From assembly GCA_963677595.1 (NCBI GenBank), contig OY782041.1, positions 2,976,001 to 3,040,000 on the forward strand: a stretch of DNA of 64,000 nucleotides, in the 5' to 3' direction. A model generated the notes under the pieces. It searched no databases, was not told the DNA's origin, and was given only the letters and a program-made list of their open reading frames with translations. Source of the DNA: Spirochaetia bacterium. Lineage in GTDB: Bacteria; Spirochaetota; Spirochaetia; CAKZLE01. This document shows positions 57,714 to 64,000 of this stretch, one piece after another; the stretch's first letter is position 1; each line of letters begins with the position of its first letter. Both the position numbers and the translations under genes were made by a program.

Positions 57714-57816
57714 TATGCTCTCCCTCCTTGATTTTTCCCATGCAGCTGGTAGTATGGAATCAGGTGATGGATTGGTCAGGCTAATCTAATTACCGAACAA
57801 ACATACAAAGGAACCT

Positions 57817-58386
57817 ATGGTAACGTTCAGATTCAATGAGAGACGAGCGACTCAAGCTGCAGCATACTTCTTAGAGAGGAATCATCATATCCTCAACTGT
57901 ACCAAACTGATAAAACTGTTATACCTTGCAGATCGGATGGCTATATTACGATGGCATGAGCCGATCACTGGTGATACCTATCTCTCATTGCCCTATGGTC
58001 CGGTTCTGAGCACGATACTGGACAATATCAGCAATGGACACCGAGACGGCTTCCGTGATTACTGGTCAGCCCATATAAGCAAAGCTGGATGTGATTCATA
58101 TTCGGTAGCACTCACTGAAGCTGTTGAATTCGATGAGTTGAGCAAGCGGGAGATTGAACTCCTGGACTATCTCGATACGAGGTTCAAGGAGTATGATCAG
58201 TGGGAGATGATCGATTATTGCCATACGTATTGCGAAGAATGGGAAGCCCCTGATGGTTCTAATCACGTAATCACCATTGAAGATATACTCAAGGCAGAAA
58301 TAGCAGATCCTGAAGAGATACAGAACATCTTGGATGAGATGCAGGTAAAAAGCTCTATCATGCACCTCAACTGTGTTGGGTTGTGA
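57817..58386 (+). CDS. Panacea/DUF4065 (SocA-like) antitoxin
   Basis: KLIKLLYLADR, ITGD.Y...PYGPV, LS..E, Y.H....EW. Confidence 0.87.
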   Translation: MVTFRFNERRATQAAAYFLERNHHILNCTKLIKLLYLADRMAILRWHEPITGDTYLSLPYGPVLSTILDNISNGHRDGFRDYWSAHISKAGCDSYSVALTEAVEFDELSKREIELLDYLDTRFKEYDQWEMIDYCHTYCEEWEAPDGSNHVITIEDILKAEIADPEEIQNILDEMQVKSSIMHLNCVGL

Positions 58387-58452
58387 GTATAGAGATTACG
58401 ATACGGTGTTCGTCACAGTGAAAAGAACCTGGTAGTATTACCTTCGGAGATA

Positions 58453-59499
58453 ATGATGATACGTTACAAGACCGGAGATCTTCTCGCTGAGGAAACAGAA
58501 GCCCTTGTCAACACCGTCAACTGTGTCGGTGTCATGGGCCGTGGAATAGCCTTGCAGTTCAAGAAGCAGTTCCCGGGGAACTGTACCATGTATGAGAAGG
58601 CCTGCAGCCGTAATGAGGTAGTGCCGGGGAAGATGTTCGTGTATGAGACCGGGAGACTTCTCAATCCCAAATATATCATCAACTTCCCAACGAAACGCCA
58701 TTGGCGAGAGGCGAGTCGGTTGGAAGACATCGATTCCGGACTGGAAGACTTTGTTCGAATGATCAAGGAGTATGGGATAACATCTATCGCCTTGCCTCCC
58801 CTGGGCTGCGGCCTTGGCGGTCTTGATTGGGGGATCGTCCGTGATCGAATTGAAACAGCCCTGATGGAACTCTCCGAAGTGGAAGTCGTGGTGTTCGAAC
58901 CGAACGGTGCCCCGGATCCTGGAAGGATGGTAAGGCATAGGAAGGTCCCTGCCATGACACCAGGCCGGGCTGCCCTTGTGGAACTGTGTTATCGGTACCT
59001 GTCCGGTCTGCTTGATCCCTTCATTTCGCTTCTTGAGATCCATAAGCTCATGTATTTCCTGCAGGAAAGCGGCGAGGAGCTTAAGCTGAAATTCCAGAAA
59101 GCTCCCTATGGGCCATATGCAGAGAATCTCAGGCACGTCCTTCATGCAGTAGAAGGTTATATGCTTTCCGGCTATATCGATGGCGGCGATGACCCGCACA
59201 CACAGATCAACCTGGTCCCCGGGGCGTATGAAGAAGCATCTGCATTCCTGAGAACGCAGGAAGAGACGATGAGGCACTATGAACGGGTATCAAAGCTTGT
59301 CGCCGGTTTTGAGTCGCCATTAGGCATGGAACTGCTGGCTACCGTCCATTGGGTAGCAGCAAGAGAAGGTGCTCATACCATGGACCATGTCGTAGAGAAG
59401 ACCTATGCCTGGAATGACCATAAAAGAGAGTTCAACTCGAGGCAGATCGCCATAGCGGGAAAAGTCCTGAAGGAGCAGGGCTGGATAGAGCTGTACTGA
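58453..59499 (+). CDS. darG: DarG-like macrodomain antitoxin (DNA ADP-ribosyl glycohydrolase)
   Basis: VNTVNCVGVMGRGIALQFK, IINFPTK.HW, PPLGCG.GGL.W; C-terminal KL.YFLQ, YGPY, GFES..G.ELL.TV.W. Confidence 0.9.
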   Translation: MMIRYKTGDLLAEETEALVNTVNCVGVMGRGIALQFKKQFPGNCTMYEKACSRNEVVPGKMFVYETGRLLNPKYIINFPTKRHWREASRLEDIDSGLEDFVRMIKEYGITSIALPPLGCGLGGLDWGIVRDRIETALMELSEVEVVVFEPNGAPDPGRMVRHRKVPAMTPGRAALVELCYRYLSGLLDPFISLLEIHKLMYFLQESGEELKLKFQKAPYGPYAENLRHVLHAVEGYMLSGYIDGGDDPHTQINLVPGAYEEASAFLRTQEETMRHYERVSKLVAGFESPLGMELLATVHWVAAREGAHTMDHVVEKTYAWNDHKREFNSRQIAIAGKVLKEQGWIELY

Positions 59500-59714
59500 C
59501 CAACTTCTTACGATTCCCAGTATGCTCCTGTTTCCCTGAAGGACCAGCTCACTGAAGAACATCCTACGATGGAATTAAGTTTCTTGAATGGTTTTCGAAC
59601 ATGACAAAATCACCAAAGAAATAGCTGGAAATACTGTACTTCTAGATGTTTCACCTGCACTCCAGTAGGTGATTTTGAAGGTCCTACACATCCAGTAGGA
59701 AGCAGTATGGATCT

Positions 59715-60377
59715 CTAACCCGGATCTCGAGGAACATGACATCCCTCTAAGATACTCTTTATGATTTTCCAGATTGATAGCGAAGGATTGACAGTGAAGA
59801 AGTCATAGCCATAGAGATGCTGTAAAGGATACCTGTTCGTCTTGTTCCGCTCGGTGATGTCATCTGCCCTATCTATTGCGGACCATACATTAGCTAGTGT
59901 CAGTTTCCCCAGTATTCTTTTGAAGTTCGCTTCTTGCTTATATTCATCCATGTTCGAAAAATGCTCCTGAAAGGCTCTGTTGATTGGACCAAGATATTGA
60001 TGCCGATGACTCAGGGCACCATTACAGTCTGCTTTATGGAGGATGATCCATAGATCGAAGGAGAAATTACTATACCCCAGTTTGTATGTTATCTTCTTTC
60101 CCAGTTTCTGCGCCTGTTTCATCCGTTGTAATGCTGTGTTGAATTGCTGCACATGCTCCGGCTCCTCGCTTTCCCGGTCAATGATATGGGAGATCTCGGT
60201 CTTGCCTAAGATACTCATACCTTTGACCCGAGACAGTGGGTCCTTTTCTACTTTGCAGTCGAATGACGATTTGAATCTGGCCCCTGCTGCAGCATTGATG
60301 CTGCGGCTCAGCCACTGGAGATACCATTTCTCCGTCTCTCCTTCTACGGAGAAGAAGAATTTCTTTGCTTGTTTCAT
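59715..60377 (-). CDS. rloB: RloB family protein
   Basis: FSVEGETEKWY, IIDRE, YSN.SFDLWIILH, NPS. Confidence 0.85.
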   Translation of the reverse strand: MKQAKKFFFSVEGETEKWYLQWLSRSINAAAGARFKSSFDCKVEKDPLSRVKGMSILGKTEISHIIDRESEEPEHVQQFNTALQRMKQAQKLGKKITYKLGYSNFSFDLWIILHKADCNGALSHRHQYLGPINRAFQEHFSNMDEYKQEANFKRILGKLTLANVWSAIDRADDITERNKTNRYPLQHLYGYDFFTVNPSLSIWKIIKSILEGCHVPRDPG

Positions 60378-60382
60378 GCTGT

Positions 60383-61708
60383 TTATGCCTCTTGCTGGTT
60401 GTCTATCAGTTCCCGGATGATTGGGGTGAGATCTATGTCCTTTATGGCCCCGTAACGATCAACGAAATAGTTCTTCATGTAATCATCGGTGCTGCGGACT
60501 CCATGCTTTCCTGCTGTCCCGAAATCAGAGAGGGAGTAGTGGGAGGTGCAGTGAGTCTCATCGTCCCGATCCACGAACTTGATCTCATCCCTCCTGAACA
60601 GGTTAGAATTCAGGAAGATGGGGTTGTGGGTATTGAATACCAACTGGGCTTGGTGTTTGTTGAGTTCATCATTATGAAACAGGTTGATGATATTCATCAA
60701 TGCGATCGGGTGCATGGAGGCATCAAACTCATCGATTATCAGGACACCGCCCTGCATCAGGGTTTTCATGATAAGCGGAAACAGATGTATGAAGCGGATC
60801 GTCCCGTATGACTCGAACAGCTCCACCGGGATGGCAGCTTGCCTTGAATCGATGGTGAACAGAGAACATAGCTGGGCTTCCTCGGTCTTGCCGTCCAGTA
60901 CATAGCCTAGTGCATTTGAGTTCACTCCGAACAGTTCGGCCGCCTCATTCAGGGTCTTCTCGATGTAAACCGACTGCTTCTTTGGAGAAGAGAACTTCCG
61001 GATCAGTTTCATCGAGTCCGATCTGTAGATTACCATGAAGTCCCTGTCCAGCCATTGGGTGATCATTGAGGCAAGCCTGGGGCTGAACATGGTCTTGAAC
61101 CCGTTGGTTAGGAACAGCTCCTCATCATGGAGACTGCTTTGCGCCAATGCTGCCGCCCCGGCTGCATTCTGCTCATACACCGGAACCAGGTAGTCCCTGA
61201 TCCCCTTCAGGTTGCCGATCTCCAGGGAGGAGCTGCTTCTGGTGAAGAGCATGTCATGGTTGATACTGAGAGTTTCCTTGATCACGGTACGCTTATGATC
61301 CCTTTCCAAGAAGAGTCCCAGGTCTACGGAGACCGCATATGTATAGTGAAAGCCCTGATCGGTGAAGGTTATGGAGAAGCTCACCGGTTCAGCGATGGAG
61401 TGCGTGTTATTCGGGATCAGCTCCAGTGCGTTAGCAGCAGTATTGGGAGAATCACCAGTCTCATTATTCCGGATGTTCCCGCGAAGCACGATCTGCCTGA
61501 AGGTATCCATGGCCCCGATGAGGTTGGTCTTGCCGGATGCATTTGGGCCATAGATGACTGAGGCGCACAGTCCCTTGTACTCTTTCTTGGCGATGTTCTC
61601 AGTAAGGATGCTGTAATCAAGCCCTTTCTGCTTGGGGGCGACTTGCATAGAGAACACGCACTCGTCCTTGAAAGACTTGTAGTTCTTCATCCTGAATTCC
61701 AGCAACAT
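60383..61708 (-). CDS. RloA-like AAA_21 ATPase
   Basis: KNYKSFK, GPNASGKT, ESYGT, IDEFDASMHP, NTH, RRDEIKFV, RYGAI. Confidence 0.9.
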   Translation of the reverse strand: MLLEFRMKNYKSFKDECVFSMQVAPKQKGLDYSILTENIAKKEYKGLCASVIYGPNASGKTNLIGAMDTFRQIVLRGNIRNNETGDSPNTAANALELIPNNTHSIAEPVSFSITFTDQGFHYTYAVSVDLGLFLERDHKRTVIKETLSINHDMLFTRSSSSLEIGNLKGIRDYLVPVYEQNAAGAAALAQSSLHDEELFLTNGFKTMFSPRLASMITQWLDRDFMVIYRSDSMKLIRKFSSPKKQSVYIEKTLNEAAELFGVNSNALGYVLDGKTEEAQLCSLFTIDSRQAAIPVELFESYGTIRFIHLFPLIMKTLMQGGVLIIDEFDASMHPIALMNIINLFHNDELNKHQAQLVFNTHNPIFLNSNLFRRDEIKFVDRDDETHCTSHYSLSDFGTAGKHGVRSTDDYMKNYFVDRYGAIKDIDLTPIIRELIDNQQEA

Positions 61709-61755
61709 AGCAAACCTCCGTCATATTGCAAAAATAAAGCAAAATGATAGTAAGA

Positions 61756-61833
61756 AGTATAGTATTTATCGGGGATATAATCAAACAGGTTTATTTATTT
61801 TGTAGGATATTTGTAAAATAAACAAACCTGTTT
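61756..61833 (-). promoter_or_regulatory. Promoter with a long inverted repeat over the -35
   Basis: Minus strand TTGATT-17-TATACT; 19-bp arms (one mismatch) at 61783-61801 and 61815-61833. Confidence 0.6.
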
Positions 61834-62013
61834 AGTGAGGAAGGATGGGTTGTGTGATTCTACCATTGGGAACCATGGCCGAAGAGGAAGATGTAGTTGG
61901 GGGAGTTGTGTATGCAGCTTTAGATCATATGACAGGGAGTGACTTGCTTATAGATGGTGGGGGATAGTTGTTGGTAGAAGAATACAGAAGATAGTGTTAG
62001 TTTCATCAGAGTA

Positions 62014-62699
62014 TCACAAGTCCTCCTGATCTGAAAGGGCCCTTTCAATACAGATCCCCAGATTGGTATGGCGTTCCAGCGAATGTTTGTCTTCCTTGAT
62101 GAAAGCCCAGGATTCCAGATACGTCCCTCCGACTGAGAAATCAGATGCGGATATGAACTGTACGAAATCAGGGATGTTTGCCTCATACCTCCTCGCAAAG
62201 GTAAGAGCGTCATGTTCTTTTTCCTCATCAGTGGAATTCAGCTTGTCATACAGTACATGAAATACACCTGGTAGGGGATACCGTTTATGCTTTTTGTTGC
62301 GGAAATCTTATTGATGCAGCCTTGCTTGATCGTGTTACGGAAGATGATCCCCTGGACATTGGCAGTGCGGATTTCCTTTAGAGAGTAGAAGGGCTTGGCT
62401 GCTGTCACATCCTCGATGACGGCGTCATCGGGGATGAAGGCACCGTCCATATCCACTATGTGTACAATCTCCTGGAAATGCTTCGTTGTAAGGTGGCGAG
62501 AGATCCTATATTCTCGGAAGATGGTTCCAAGTTTGGAGAGAATATTCGAGGGATTCGTTCCTCTTGCAGTAGTTACATCTCCATGAGTAATATGGACATG
62601 TACGGTATTCTTGTCATATATCTGGTCCAGAAGGACACCCAGGGCTTCATCATCTGAAGAGCCTTCAACGATTATAAGGACAATCTTCTTACGAGTCAC
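62014..62699 (-). pseudogene. TOPRIM-like ATPase partner, frameshifted near 62256
   Basis: IVEGSSD and VDMDG motifs; after YFM the reading continues in another frame as HVLYDKLNSTDEEKE...SLERHTNLG...EDL-stop at 62014. Confidence 0.78.
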
Positions 62700-64000
62700 A
62701 ATATTCGCCAGCCTCCCTAAATGACAGTGCTATCTTGGCATTGTTCGTATGTTCGTAGAGCTCTTCATCCTGCTCCCCCAGCATGATATCCCTGAAGTAG
62801 AAATCACGGAGGTTGTTGTTGGTCTTTACGTTTGTCATACGGACATAGCGTTTTAAGGGATTCGTGGTCGTGAACGCGATGAAACCGCGATCCAATGTCT
62901 CAAGCGGGCGAAGGTTGTGTGAGGTGAAGATTAGCTGTCCCTTCCCCCGCTCTGAGATGATGCTGAGCAGTTCCCCGAGCAGGTACTCAAAGACACCTGA
63001 ATCCAGTTCGTCGACAGCTACGGTGATGGACGGCTGGTTGTAGACGACGATCAGCAGTTGGAGGACCGAGACGATCTTCTTGATCCCCTCAGACTCATAT
63101 TTCAGCGGGATCTCCCTGTCGTCCTTGCGGGATAGAAGCTGGATGCGGCTCCCATCCTCGCCGCTCTCCAGGACCTGTGTCCCCAATTCCCTGATGTGCA
63201 TGGTAAGCCCGGGAATTATCTGTTCCAGTACCACATTCATGGTCTTGATGACTTGTTCGATTACGGCCTTTGCCTTCTGCGGTATCAAGGCCGGGTCATT
63301 GAGGGGGATCATCATCGATCCGATGTTCCCATGACCCCCTTCTGTGAACTTGAAGGCCAATGGCTGGGCATTCAGGCTGATAAGACCGGAATTGGACGTA
63401 TTGATGACAAAGAGTTCATAGTTCCCGAAATTCACCAGGCTTTCCAGAAGATGGGTATAGAAAGAGAGCTCGTCTTCAGTATCCGCGGCTTGCTTCACCG
63501 TGTTCCTGACAGCACCAAGAAACTCTCTGGAGAACACGAATGAGCGTGATTGGGAGCCGGTAAGCTTTTTCACGATCTGGAGGTCCATAATGGTCTCTTT
63601 CCGGGTCCCAACAAGGAGCTGCCTCTTTGGCTTGGGAAGGAACAGTTCAGCCGTATCCGTATCAATGAGCTTTCCCGCCCGAATCACGTTCTCACCAATG
63701 ATCGGGCACTTGATGAGCTCATTGCATATGGAGATGCGCCTCTTCCGTTCAGCAGGCTGGGTAGAATCGGTATTCCGTTCAGCAGCATCCGAGACCGACC
63801 GGATGCTGAACTGGTATGATACGGAGGAGGCTCCTTCTGGTGTTGTAATGGTGAAATCATACTGCAGTGTGGCAGCATCCGAACCGATGGTTATGTAATC
63901 TGCGAACTTCTCCGGGATAGAACTCCCGCAGAGTGCGTATTTGAGCAGTTCCACAGCATCAATCAATGCGGTCTTGCCTGAACCGTTCTGCCCATACAAC
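62689..64000 (-). CDS. AAA_21 ABC-type ATPase; 5' end beyond the window
   Basis: GQNGSGKT, ESEG, VDELDSG, TSHN. Confidence 0.88.
   Translation of the reverse strand, partial: LYGQNGSGKTALIDAVELLKYALCGSSIPEKFADYITIGSDAATLQYDFTITTPEGASSVSYQFSIRSVSDAAERNTDSTQPAERKRRISICNELIKCPIIGENVIRAGKLIDTDTAELFLPKPKRQLLVGTRKETIMDLQIVKKLTGSQSRSFVFSREFLGAVRNTVKQAADTEDELSFYTHLLESLVNFGNYELFVINTSNSGLISLNAQPLAFKFTEGGHGNIGSMMIPLNDPALIPQKAKAVIEQVIKTMNVVLEQIIPGLTMHIRELGTQVLESGEDGSRIQLLSRKDDREIPLKYESEGIKKIVSVLQLLIVVYNQPSITVAVDELDSGVFEYLLGELLSIISERGKGQLIFTSHNLRPLETLDRGFIAFTTTNPLKRYVRMTNVKTNNNLRDFYFRDIMLGEQDEELYEHTNNAKIALSFREAGEYCDS

Overview
A 64-kb accessory-type bacterial region, probably from a Spirochaetia/Sphaerochaeta-like genome. 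This is inferred from the 'FAGGQKE / FAGGTKE / ANGSQE' N-termini of the solute-binding proteins. Four intact catabolic/transport clusters are present: (i) nucleoside-type ABC + amidohydrolase + RNase Z-like MBL hydrolase + TauE (1-6988); (ii) two GntR + TRAP + three URO-D/MtaA-like proteins + transaldolase + UxaE-like epimerase + SDR (18652-30758); (iii) LacI + sugar ABC + two sulfatases (30925-38284); (iv) IclR + DapA-like aldolase + FAD oxidoreductase + sugar ABC (40050-46837). They alternate with defence/toxin-antitoxin-like genes: BrnTA, AlbA_2/Schlafen ATP-binding protein, Rpn, HicB, XRE HTHs, AAA_14/DUF4143 ATPase, ImmA/IrrE, Panacea, DarG and five ABC-type ATPase + effector (RloB/TOPRIM or PD-(D/E)XK) modules. 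The strongest unannotated signals are: (a) toxins/effectors are repeatedly reduced to short stubs or frameshifted while their antitoxins/ATPases stay intact, including an antitoxin-only panacea-darG pair; (b) an ISL3 nested in an IS1182 whose two CTAG junctions join 3' halves of two unrelated genes; (c) a 24/25-bp direct repeat, matching the 3' end of a small secreted-protein gene, that brackets the sulfatase cluster; (d) iteron-like 23-bp repeats before the DUF4143 ATPase; (e) two intact, uncharacterised ATPase-nuclease pairs that are candidate antiphage systems. No tRNA, rRNA or CRISPR array was seen. All protein calls rest on motif recognition by eye, not database searches.
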